The notes: a model not told the origin generated them from the sequence alone. 64,000 bases of DNA from the human T2T-CHM13v2.0 reference genome, Homo sapiens (GCF_009914755.1 NC_060933.1); one strand, 5' to 3'; counted from the first letter of the stretch, positions 39,301-51,439 are shown. Translations and numbers: made by a program.

Positions 39301-39828
39301 GAACACAAAGGAAGAATAATTTAATTCTGCTACAGTAGAAGTAGAAAAATTGGGTAAATTTAATGACAACAAATATTTAATTGTACACTGGAAAAATAAA
39401 GGTTATTCCAAGTGGAGGGATTGGAGTGCTCAAAGGCACAGAAGCTTGAGAATATATGAGAGATCAACTATGTATCTCTTATGGATAAAGCTTAAGAAGA
39501 GAGGGGAATAAAAACTTTAAATTAGGTTAGGAACAGATGAAAGAGAACATAAAATATCAAATTTAAGAATTGGACTTCATCAAAAGAAGTATGGACATAC
39601 TAGAATTTCATGGCATAGGATTAAGCCATTAATCCTGATGTATTATTATCAGGTAACTCTACTGGCAATATGTTAGAAAGATTAGAAGTCAAAGTCCGAA
39701 AGCAGAGAAACCAGTTTATTCTTTTCCTGGGAGAAAATAATTAAAATTTCTATCAATACAGAAAAGTTTACAATGATTAGGAAAGAGTATATTTCAGAAA
39801 CATTTAGAGCTAGAATTGACAAGATCTA

Positions 39829-39990
<162 letters not shown>

Positions 39991-40569
39991 AGTTAAAGAT
40001 GTTTTATGTTTTTTTTTTTTTTTGCATTAAGTGGTCAGATGAAGGCAGCACTATTGGTTCATTTATGGGCTATATTATAATGCAGACATTTTATACATAC
40101 ATATGTACAGTACATGTATATATATGGCACATATAAAATTGTACCATCTACAATTGTAATAACTTCATTTTAAATCACATAATACTGTTTGGGATAAAAC
40201 TACCTTAATTTTAATATATTCTTGGTTTATTTCTGAACTATTTTTTTCCTGGTTTCTCAGGGTTCCTGCTTCACTAATTATCTCTAAAAGATATTTTAGG
40301 TAGTAATGATTTGATACTAAGTTGGGTATCAAATAACAAGAACTGGCTTTTCCAACTGCTAGTTCCTATTATTTAACAAAAAAAAAAATTTTTAAAGATG
40401 GTTATGTATGAATCAGCAATAGAAGTGTGGGATAAACCAACCATTCTGAATAATCCATCTGTTCACCTGAGGAACAATTACAAAATGTAAGCAAAAAAAG
40501 AAATAAAAGCATCTTCCCATAGTTATTTAAATTACACTATTTATTTGTTTCCATCCTAACATAAAACTA

Positions 40570-42560
40570 GTTTTCCACCTGTGTAATGAACTTTATTCTC
40601 TCTTGCTTACCCCAGAATTTAAATGCCACAAATATTTCATCTGTCTTTCAATTATTATTCCCATTTGCACTAAACTATTCTCCTAAACCTACACATATTC
40701 TATATTATGTCCCACTGGAAAAATCAAGAGATGCTCCCTTGATTTCACATCTGCCTCCAGCTAGCCTTACATTTCTCTGAAGCACTTTGTAGCAAAACTC
40801 CTTTTAGAAATTTTCTTGTCTTTTGAACTGTCTCCAGCTAGTCCCACCAGTTCATTAAAATCACCCTCATTTGACATTTGTATTGCCAAATATAATGGTT
40901 ATTTATCTATCCCTATTCATACAAACTCTTACATAGTTGAAAACTCATTCCTGGAGAGTTTCTTTTGGTTTTTAATTTGGATCTGGGATATCTCTTTTAG
41001 CTTCCCTTCTGCCTCTTGTCTGTTCCTTGAAGTCTGAATTTCATATTTCTTTACTGATTCTGGACAAATAAATGTCAAAGTATTTCAGCCAAAGTCTTTT
41101 CTCCCATCGTCAGTGTCTCCCTTCGTAAATTAATCCAGGTCTATAATTTTACATGCTATTGGTATGCTAATGACTTCTAATTTATATTTCTAGGCTTAAT
41201 CAAACCCTGAATTCCCAGAGTCATATATCTGTTTCTTGGAGATCGCTGCTGAGTAGTTATCCTAGACTTAACATGTCCAAGACAGAACCACTGATAGCTA
41301 GCCACAAAGGGTTAACCTTTTCTACTCTGTCCCATTTCTGTAAAATATGCTTCTGTTTTACAAGCTGTTCAGGCCATACGCATAAGCTTTGCATTCTTGA
41401 TCCTTCTGTCTCCCTTTGGCCCTATATCTGTTAGCAAATCCTGTCAACTCTATCTTCAAATTTTAATTCCGATTCTAAACTTTCCCAACACCTCTACCAT
41501 GACTTTAATCCAAATCTCTGTTCCTCTGGCCTGGATTTCTGCAAAGTTATCTTTTATCTCTAATTTTCTGTGTTTACACCATTGTAGCAGCCACAACCAT
41601 CCTCTAATTGAAAAATCAGATCACTTCACAACCCTGCTCAAAACCCCTCAGTGGTTCTCTATCACAGTTAAAGCACACGCTCCTCATGATAATTAATGAC
41701 CTCCTCTACCTCAATGATGGCTTTTACTACTCTAACCCTGTCTGGATTTTTGCTCCCTTAAAAAGAGCATTTTTGCTATCTCCTCAAGGCCTTTAAACTT
41801 GTTGTTCCTTCTTTCTGAAATTCTCCTCTTTCAAATATTTGCATGATATTTTTCTTTTTATACTTTATATCTTTGTTCAAATGTCACTTCCCCAGAGAAA
41901 CCTTTCTGAACATCTGTCTTAGTTCATTTTCTGTTGCTTGTAACAGAATATTTGAAACTGGGTAATGTATAAGAAATGAAATTTGTTTCTTTCATTTCTG
42001 GAGGCTGGAAAGTCCAAGGTCGAGGGGGTGCATCTGGTTAGAATCTTCTTGTTCGTGGGGCTCCTCAATAGTCCCTGGGTGGAGCAAAGTATCACATAAT
42101 GAGGGGGCTGAGCATGCTAATGTGTTATGCTCAGGTCTTTCTTTATCTTCTTATAGCCATTAGTTCTGCCACCATGGTGACCCATTAATTCATTAAGCTT
42201 TAATCCACAAACCCAAAAATGGATTAGTCCATCCATGAGGACTCTGCCTTTTAAAGGTCTCATCTATCAGTACGGCCACACTAAAGATTAAGCTTCAACA
42301 TCACTTTTGGAGGCAACATTCAAACCATTCCACCACCCTATCTAAAATATTAACCCACCTGCCTTTCTGTTTCCTTTGGCCTTGCATTATTTTTTTTTCT
42401 TGAGCTTAATGCTATTTGAAAGCACAACATTTATTTGTTTACTTTTCTAGTGTATATCTCCTCCAACAAAGTTCAGGTTCTATGAAGAAAGTTTGTTTCC
42501 TGTTCATCCACGAACTAGCATAAAAACTGATACATAGCTGGAGTTTAATATAATTTTACA
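40570..42560 (+). mobile_element. L2 LINE 3' portion, interrupted by an MST LTR
   Basis: CTTAACATGTCCAAGACAGAACC, AGCAAATCCTGTCAACTCTATCTTCAAA, ATCAGATCACTTCACAACCCTGCTCAAAACCCCTCAGTGG; resumes after 42333. Confidence 0.8.
41915..42332 (-). mobile_element. MSTB1/B2-like MaLR solo LTR
   Basis: TGTCTTAGTTCATTTTCTGTTGCTTGTAACAGAAT..GGAGGCTGGAAAGTCCAAGGTCGAGGGG..ACATTCAAACCATTCCA. Confidence 0.85.
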
Positions 42561-42583
42561 AAATAAATAAATAGATAAGTCAA

Positions 42584-42678
42584 TGCAGCACACCAACATG
42601 GCACATGTATACATATGTAACTAACCTGCACATTGTGCACGTGTACCCTAAAACTTAAAGTATAATAATAAAAAAAAA
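42584..42678 (+). mobile_element. Very short 5'-truncated young L1PA 3' terminus
   Basis: GCAGCACACCAACATGGCACATGTATACATATGTAACTAACCTGCACATTGTGCAC..AAAACTTAAAGTATAATAATAAAA. Confidence 0.9.
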
Positions 42679-42728
42679 TTGAAGCATATGATAAATTGCA
42701 CTTTCTATTGGCAAAAATAAATAAACCA

Positions 42729-45550
42729 GGGGATGGGGGAATGACCAAGGCGGCTTACTAGAAACAGCTAGTGTGGGGGTGTGTGTGTGGTGGTCACAGG
42801 GAGGAAAGAAGGGGTGAGTAAACACAGTACCTTCAGCTGAAATATCCAAGTACTCACTTTGAGACTTGGATATTTCCAAGGTGTGCCTTATCCACACCTA
42901 CAACAAGCTGCAGTCAAGCCAAAGAGAGGAGGTCAGTTCATCTTCCCTGGGTCCCACACACTCCCAATGGTTCATAATCAAGGAAACAATTCAACCCACA
43001 GAGAATAGAGAAAAGCAAGGCAGAACGACAGCCCACCCAGGAGAAACATGGTGCCAAAGGAACCTCCCCTGCCCAGGGAAGTGGTGATTGAATTTGTGAC
43101 TCTGGGAACCCTTGTTTCACCCACGGATATTTGCATCCTTGGTTCAGGAGATCCCCTCATGAGCCCACTCCATCAGGGCCTTCAGTCTGACACACAGACT
43201 TATGTGGAGTCTTGGCAGAGCAGCCACTCAGGCACGGGCAGACACAGGGGAGCTTTAGGTACTTGGGCTTTCCGAGCTTCCCAGACAAAGTAGCAGCAAC
43301 TCTGGCAAACCAGGTGATTAGCCCCCAATATATGATCCTAGGAAAGAGGCTGAAGCCAGGGGGTTGAGCAACAAGTCTGCTGCCCCCACTTCCATGGCTG
43401 GTCACATGATAAAACTCACTGGCTTGGAATTCCAGCCAGCCACCTGTAGCAGCATTGCACCTCCCTGGATTGAAGCTCCCGGATGGAGAAGCGGGCCGCC
43501 ATCTTTGCTGTTTGGGTGACTTAGCTGTTCTGGTCTTTGGGCTTTGAAGAGTCTAAGCTGACCAGGGGCAGAAGCGTCCCCCCAGCACAGTACAGCTGCT
43601 CTATGAAAACATGGCCAGACTGTCTCTTGAAATGGGTCCCTGAGCCCCCCTTCCTCCTCACTGGGAGGAACCTCACAACCAGGGCCTTCAGCCACCACCA
43701 CTGGTGTTCTCTGGCCTACACAGATTTGAAAACTCCTTGGGACTGAGATCCCAGAAGGAGGAGTGGACCACCATCTTTGCTGTTTGGACTACTTGGGCTT
43801 TGAAGAGTCCAAGCTGATCAGAGGTGGAAGCAATACCCAAGCACAGCATAGCTGCCCTACAAAAATGTGGCCTGGCTGCTGGCTGCTATTTTTAAAGCAG
43901 GTTCCCAATCCTGTTCCTCATCGTCAGGTGGAGCCTTCCAACCAGGGTCTCTGGCTACCCCCGCCAGTGTTCTCCAGCTAACAGGTTTCAGGCCTCCCTG
44001 GGATGGAGTTCCTAGAGGAGGACCTGGCAGCCATCTTTGCTGTTTGGGCAACGTAGCCATTCCAGCCTTCAAGCTTTGGAGTGTCCAAGGTGACCAGAGG
44101 CTGAAGCAGACCCCCACAGAGCATGGCTGCTCTACAAAGATGTGGCCAGTCTGCTTTATTAAGTGGATCCCCAATCCCATTCCTCCTCACTGGGTGAGAC
44201 CTAGCCACCTCCTACAGGTGTGTTCAAGCTGGCATTAGGTCCATACCTCCCTGGAACGGAACTCCCAGTGGGAGGAGCAGGCTGCCATCTTTGCTGTTTT
44301 GTAGCCTTCACTGGTGATACCTTCAGGTACTGAAAAATCTAAGCTGACTAGGGACTGGAGCAGATCCCCAGCATATCACAGCAGCTCTATGGAAAAGTGG
44401 CCAGACTGTTATATGGATGTCCATTCCCATATCTCCTCACTGGGCAGGTCCTCTAGGCCTGGGCCTCTAGCCACCCCCAACAAGAGCTCTCAAGCTGGTA
44501 TCAGCTGTTACTCCCTGGACAGAGCCTCAGAGGGGCAACTGAAAGCCTGTCTGCCACTGCCTCTGCAGTGGAACTGTCCTTGCTACCCTCAGGCTAATGA
44601 AGGGGCAAAGACCCTAAGTGCCTTATCCATACCTCCAACAAGTTGCAGTCAACCCAAAGAGAGGAGGTCAGTCCATCTCTCTCAGGTCCCACACACCCAC
44701 AACTGCTCATCATCAAACAGGGAGCCCCTGGCTTGGGCTCATAGCACGAACTCTCCCTTCTGGGCTGATTGCAATAAGTGATTGCTGACCTGGTCAGTAT
44801 CACTAATCATTAGACAAATGCAAATTAAAACCATAATGAGATAACATCCCACACTAGTCTCAATGGTTATTATTAAAAAGTCAAAAAAATAATAATAGAT
44901 GCTGAAGAGGTTGTGGAGAAAGGGGAACACTTGTACACTGTTGGTAGGGGTGTGAATTAGTTCACCCAGTTGTGGAAGACAGTGTGGAGATTCTTAAAAG
45001 ATCTAAAGACAGAAATATCATTCAAGCCAGCAATCCCATTACTGGGTATATACCCAAAGGAATATAAATTGTTCTATTATAAAGACACATGCACACTCAT
45101 CTTCATTGCAGCACTATTCACAACAGCAAAGACATGGGGTCAACCTAAATATCTATCAATGCTAGACTGGGTAAAGAAAATTGGTACATATACACCATGT
45201 AATACTATGCAGCCATATAAAAGAATGAAATCATGTCCTTTGAAGGGACATGGATGAAGCTGGAGACAATTATGCTTAGCAGACTAACACAGGAACATTT
45301 TGCAAATCCCACAAGTTCTCACTTATGAGTGGGAGCTAAATGATGAGAAAACATGGACGTTTAGAAGGAAACAACACATCCTGGGACCTATTGGAGGGTG
45401 GAGGGTGGGAGGAGGGAGAGCATCAAGAAAAATAACTAAAGGGTACTAGGCTTAATATGTGGGTGATCTGTAAACAAACCCAATGACACAAGTTTACCTA
45501 TGTCACAAACCTGTGCATGTACCCCTGAACTTAAAATAAAAATTATGAAT
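42729..45550 (+). mobile_element. Internally deleted primate L1 (L1PA11-13-like): about 2 kb 5'UTR joined directly to ORF2 3' end/3'UTR
   Basis: G-rich start and CCAAGGCGGCTTACTAGAAACAGC 5' end; junction near 44792; ORF 44970-45257 = ORF2 C-terminus (WKTVWRFLKDLK..PAIPLLGIYPKE); AAATAAATAAAC at 42715-42726 and 45551-45562. Confidence 0.88.
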
Positions 45551-46167
45551 AAATAAATAAACACTGTTACTACGATAGAAGAACTAGCTGCTTACCCAGA
45601 TCAATTCCCAATTCTTCCTGGATTTCCCTGGACTTGAACTCCTTTGGACTATTTACATAAGTGAGAAATAATTTCTTTTTTTTTTTAATTGACTTTTTAA
45701 AGTCTACTTTTGCAACAGTTTGACTAACCAAGTTAGTATGGAAACTGTCCAAATTTCAACCTGAGTGGATAAATGCCAGACACAATATTCCCAGTGTCAG
45801 ATGCAGAAGGCAACTAAGATTCCAACACAGAATATGAATTTTATTATATATATATATATGCTTGCAAATTTGAGCCTTGTGCTAAGATGTACAAATAGCA
45901 ACAGATCATTTGCTCAAATCTATAGCTTTTTCAATTAATTCTATTGCTAGGGGTGAGGTATCCTAATAACCTATTGGGATTGGAGGAGTGGCCTCCTGGT
46001 TGATCACAAATGGGGTGAGCACCTGGAAACATAACCACTTCTAATTAAAATTTTCAATAAATTCTACAGTGTTTATCTCTGTGCGTCACACACCTTCTGA
46101 AATACCTTTGGTATTTTAAATATTTTGGTGGTAAATTGGTTATATATCTTTGAGGACAGTTAAATTA

Positions 46168-47764
46168 TGGATATGAAATTCTGAGTTGAAAATTATTTTC
46201 TTTAAGAATGTTGAATATTGGCCCCCACTCTCTTCTGGCTTGTAGGGTTTCTGAAGAGAGATCCGCTGTTAGTCTGATGGGCTTCCCTTTGTAGGTAACC
46301 TGACCTTTCTCTTTGGCTGCCCTTGTAGCCTATACTACATGGCTGCAGTAACCAAAACAGCATGTACTAAAACAGAAATATAGACCAATGGTGCAGAACA
46401 GAGGCCTCAAAAATAACACCATACATCTACAACCATCTGATCTTCGACAAATCTGACAAAAACAAGCAATAGGAAAAGGATTCCCTATTTAATAAATAGT
46501 GCTGGGAAAACTGCCTAGCCATATGCAGAAAACTGAACCTGGACCCCTTCCTTACAACTTATACAAAAATTAACTCAAGATGGATTAAAGACTTAAACAC
46601 AAAACCTAAAACTATAAAAACTCTAGAAGAAAACCTAGGCAATACCATTCAGGGCATAGGCATGGGCAAAGACTTCATGACTAAAACACCAAAAGCAATG
46701 GCAACAAAAGCCAAAATTGATAAATGGGGTCTAATTAAACTAAAGAGCTTCTGTACAGCAAAGGAAACTATCATCAGAGTGAACAGGCAACTTACAGAAT
46801 GGGATAAAATTTTTGCAATCTATCTATCTGACAAAGTCTAATATCCAGAATCTACAAGGAACTTGAACAAATTTATAAGAAAAAACAAATAACCCCATCA
46901 AAAAGTGGGAAAAGGATACAAACAGACACTTCTCAAAAGAAGACATAAATATGTGGCCAACGAACATATGAAAAAATGCTCATCATCACTGGTTATTAGA
47001 GAAATGCAAATCAAAACCACAATGAGATACCATCTCACGCTAGTTAGAATGGTGATCATTAAAAAGCCTGGAAACAACAGATGCTGGCAAGGATGCAGAA
47101 AAATAGTAACATTTTTACACTGTTGGTGGGAGTGTCAATTAGTTCCACAATTGTGGAAGACACTGTGATGATTCCTGAAGGATCTAGAACCAGAAATACC
47201 ATTTGTCCCAGTAATCCCATTACTGGGTATATACCCAAAGGATTATAAATCATTCTACTATAAAGACAGACGCATGCATAGTAGTAATGTTTACTATAGA
47301 AACAGTAAATACTGCTGTTTATTGCAGCACTATTTACAATAGCAAAGACTTCGAACCAATCCAAATACCCATGAATGATAGACTAGATAAAGAAAATATG
47401 GCACATATACACCATGGAATACTATGCAGCCATAAAAAAGAATGAGTTCATGTTCTTTGCAAGGACATGAAGCTGTAAACCATCGTCTTCAGCAAACTAA
47501 TGCAGGAACAGAAAACCAAACACCGCATGTTCTTACTCATAAGTGGGAGTGGAACAATGAGAATACATGGACACGGGGAAGGAAACTTCACACACCAGGG
47601 CCAGTCGGGGGTGGGGGGCAAGGGGAGGGAGAGCATTAGGACAAATACCTAATGCATGCAGGGCTTAAAACCTAGATGATGGATTGATAGGTACAGCAAG
47701 CCACCATGGCACATATACACTTACATAACAAACCTGCACGTTCAGCACATGTATCCCAGAACTT

Positions 47765-47795
<31 letters not shown>
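46168..47795 (+). mobile_element. L1PA7-like insertion with 5' inversion (antisense ORF1 piece 46168-46324 + sense ORF2 3' part/3'UTR/poly-A)
   Basis: Antisense ORF1 (GAATGTTGAATATTGGCCCCCACTCTCTTCTGGCTTGTAGGG); ORF 46905-47168 MKKCSSSLVIREMQIKTTMRYHLT; long pure A tail; TSD-like AAATTATG/AAGTTATG. Confidence 0.92.
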
Positions 47796-48153
47796 GTTAT
47801 GTCTTTCCCTAATCTTCTAACTCAGTAATCACCACAATGTCTCTTTTCTGGGTTCAGAAAAACTACTTAAATTGCTCATCTGTCCATGTCTATTCCACTG
47901 TTTTCTTTGTCCTTTTGGAGTTTGTATCTCTTTTGAGCCTTTATTGCCACTGTTATTTTAGTAATGTTTTAGGAGAGTGAGGAAAAGAATCTCAGGTAGT
48001 CAACCTTATGTGGATAATTGGACACTACTCTGCCAGTTTTAAATATATACAAGCATCCTTCATCCTAAGCAAAACAAAACAAAACAAAAAAACTGAAAAA
48101 AAAGGACACCATACCCCTCTCGTGATAATGCCTAATTTCTCTTCTCTCTAGGT

Positions 48154-48364
48154 CAGTAGCTCTCAATTGCTGTCAATTTTATCTCCCATGGGACATTTAG
48201 CAATGTTTGGAGTTATTTTCAGCTGTCAAAACTGGGGCGAGGGGGAGCTGTCAGCATTTAGTAAGTAGAAACCAGGAATGCTGCTAAACTTTCTACCATG
48301 CATAGGACAGCCACACGCCCTAACTGGCTCAAATGCCGCTAATGCTGAGGGTGAGAAAACTTGC
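48154..48364. mobile_element. MER20 (hAT-Charlie MITE)
   Basis: CAGTAGCTCTCAA..GGGACATTTAGCAATGTTTGGAG..GTAGAAACCAGGAATGCTGCTAAAC..GAGGGTGAGAAA. Confidence 0.85.
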
Positions 48365-49015
48365 TTTGGAGCCAGCCTTTTCAAAGAGTAGGGCCTAATT
48401 CTTTACCATCTCAATTCAGAGCAATCTGAATTTTGCCTTCCTTCTCTGTTCTTCAACTGTTTTCATCTGACCTAGTAGGTCCTTATTAATTAGAGATTGT
48501 TCAGAAGAAATGGAACCGGCAGAGTTTCTGTGCCTTCAAACCTGTGCTTAAAAAAAAATCTTCCTCTAATAAACAAAATCAACCTGATTGGCTCTCCCTT
48601 AATCCCACCATCTTATAGCCACAAGGCACTCCCAATTCTACCAAGATCTCACAATCCAAAAGGCGCAAAGGCAAAATATGTAGGCCTGGCTTTCCCACTT
48701 TATGAAAACGTCCCTCTCTAAGGAGAAGACACTTAAGATGTGAATGAAAGTGCACTTCCATATAACTTTATCTAGAAAAATCACAAAGGTCAGCCCTGCA
48801 GGAGGAGGGAAAATAGGTAGTCTTACACGATTTGTTTTCCTGGAGTGCAGGGTGAGAAGACATCCTGATGAAAACACATCATCTAATCTTATATGTCTAT
48901 GAACTGAGATATTTTCATAATATTAACTGTGTGAAATATCCCTTACCCATCCCTCAGTCACTGCCCAGCTTTCAGTCTTAAAGGGACTCCCAAATATTGA
49001 ATCTGACATGCCACT

Positions 49016-49392
49016 TGTTATGGACGGAATTATGTTCCCTCAAGCATCACATGTTGAAGTCCTAAGCTCCCAGTGTGACTGTATTTGAAGACAGAACCCA
49101 TAAAAACGCAGTTATGTTTAAATTAAGTCACATGGGTGGGTTCCGAATGCACTATCACTTGTGTCTTTATAAGAAGAAGGAGAGATATCAGGGATGGGTA
49201 CATACGGAGAAAAGGCCATGTGAGAATATAGTGAGAAGGTGGCCATCTAAAAGCCAGGAGAAAGGCCTCAGGAGAGATCAGACCTGCCAAGATGACCTTG
49301 TACTTCCAGCCCCTAGAACTGAGAGAAATAAACTTCTGTTGTTTAAGCCACCTAATCTGTGGCATTTTGTTATGATATCCCTATCAGTCAAC
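49016..49392 (+). mobile_element. MLT1A/B-type MaLR solo LTR
   Basis: TGTTATGGACGGAATTATGTTCCC..CTAGAACTGAGAGAAATAAACTTCTGTTGTTTAAGCCACC; accounts for ORF 49075-49542. Confidence 0.85.
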
Positions 49393-50864
49393 TTCCTAGG
49401 TTCATTGTTGCTTGGGAAAGAATGGCTCTTTACATGCTATAGCATCTCTACAAAAATATTAATGAAAATCCTGTGTCATTACATTATTCGTATCTGTGTT
49501 TTAAGAGCAGCTTCATCTGTCATCAGTAATAAGAAAAAATAAATAAGCACAGATTTTGCAATAGTAAGTCAATTTTACAGGATAGAAGTGAGAGAAATTT
49601 TTAATGATAAAATTAAAATGAATAATTATTAAAAAGCAAAATTTTACCCAGTAAAACAATGCCAAAGACTTCAAATGACAATGTAAAGAGATTTGTTCCA
49701 AATGAGCGCCAATGTTTAATGTTTTCCGCTACTGTATTTTTGGAGATTTTTGGGATATATTTCTAATTTCTGTTATTCTCCTCTCAGATGGTTTCCATTT
49801 AGTCTATTTCCTGATGTTTCAAATCCATATTTTCAAATGTAAGTGATTTTCAATGAAGCCGGTTCATAGCTTTGTTTTTGGAGTGTTGGAGCTATCATCA
49901 TTTAAACCAGTATTGTTCTTTGAGATTTTCTAGCCATTCTCATGCCTCCTCAAATTTCAAATAGCACTGCATAAACATACATGGAGTGCTTTCTATGCAT
50001 TCACTCGACCCTAATAATTTTGGCCAACATATTCTGTTCGGTTCTAAGGTTTATGGGGTTGTGATGTGTTTGTGCCAAAATGTCTCAGTGGTTGTTGAGA
50101 TACTTCCCATTTATTTTCTGTTGTTTTAGAGATATCCAAATACTTTTTCATTAAACTCAGTAAGATGAAAGTGTTCATGGTTGAGTTAACATTTTATATT
50201 CGGATACATAAGCTCTTTCCAAATACATCTTGTAATTTTGGTTTGCATCAGACTTCATAGTTCACTGTAATTCTTGTGCAAAGTTTCTGGTGGTACTTGA
50301 CTTTTTCTCTATAAAAACAATTTTAGATGAAGATTACTATTGCTTAGTCCTTACCAATGCAGTAGCCCAGGGCTGAGTCCATTTCAGATATGTCTCTAAC
50401 ATGATCAAAATTATCTACCTTGTTAGAAGTCAATTACAGAGGCCCCGGAGGTACTCTTATCCTTGTGAGGACAACATGGAGCCCAAATAACGAAATTTTT
50501 ATGTTTAGTCTCTTCTCATGATTGATTATGTAACCCACTATAAATTAATTGGATCAAGTTCCTAAACCTCCTGAGCCTGCTCTGTCTCTTTTTTGGCCCT
50601 TTAGAGGAGGAAAGTAAAACATGTTTGGTTTCTTTAATACAGTTCCGTTTGTCTACTCTGGGATATTGCTCTATCAATACCCTGCATTTTAAATCCAACA
50701 TTTTCCTCTCTATTTTTTTTATGTTAACATGTTTACACTATTTTAAAACAATTCTCCCTTACCCTTATCTTTTTCCTAGATCTTTCTCTTTGCCCCTGTC
50801 AATCTAGATAAGCTCCTATAACATTTTTTACAAACATTCTTTCTATTAATGTTTGTTTCTTTTC

Positions 50865-51420
50865 CCTTTTGATTAAAGAAGAATTTACATATGATGAAAT
50901 GTTAAAGTTTTATGAATTTTCATAAATGCATACAATTGTTTAGTCGACACCCATATGAAAAAACAAAGCAATACCCTCTCCAGAAAGTTCCTTTGTTATC
51001 CCTTTCTAGTCAATCCCTCACCACACCAGAAGCAAACAGTTTTTATTTCTAGCAGCATAGTTTAGTTTTGCCTGTTGTAAAACTTTATATAAATGGTATC
51101 ATACAATAGTGGTTGTATGTGTACTTTCCCTCAGCATAATTTTTTTGAGATCTTCCCTGTTTGTTGTTGCATGTATCAATACTTTGTTCCATTTTATTGT
51201 TGAGTATTATTCCATTGTTTATCCATTGTCTACTTGATAGGCATATGGGCTGTTTTCAGTTTTAGCTGTTATGAATAGCTGCTATGAACATTCATGATCA
51301 CATCTTTTTTGTGGACATATGATTTTATTTTTCTTGAATAAATATGTAGAAGTGAAATAATCAGGTCATAGGGTAAAGGTTAGAGGTGTATGTTAAATTT
51401 TATAAGAAACTTCCGAACAT
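50865..51420 (-). mobile_element. L1MB/L1ME 3' fragment
   Basis: TAGTTTTGCCTGTTGTAAAACTTTATATAAATGGTATCATAC..GCTGCTATGAACATTCATG. Confidence 0.8.
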
Positions 51421-51439
51421 ACTTCACATTAATTTTTAC

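Noticed and set aside
43499-44300. Regularly spaced direct repeats as a CRISPR-like array
   Set aside because: Eukaryotic L1 UTR; the intervening sequences are homologous to each other, so these are whole tandem monomers rather than unique spacers
42866-44803. Dense cluster of overlapping 60-155 aa ORFs
   Set aside because: Expected from the GC-richer, tandemly repeated L1 5'UTR; no recognisable protein
49075-49542. 155-aa ORF
   Set aside because: Lies mostly within an MLT1 LTR; non-ATG start; chance frame
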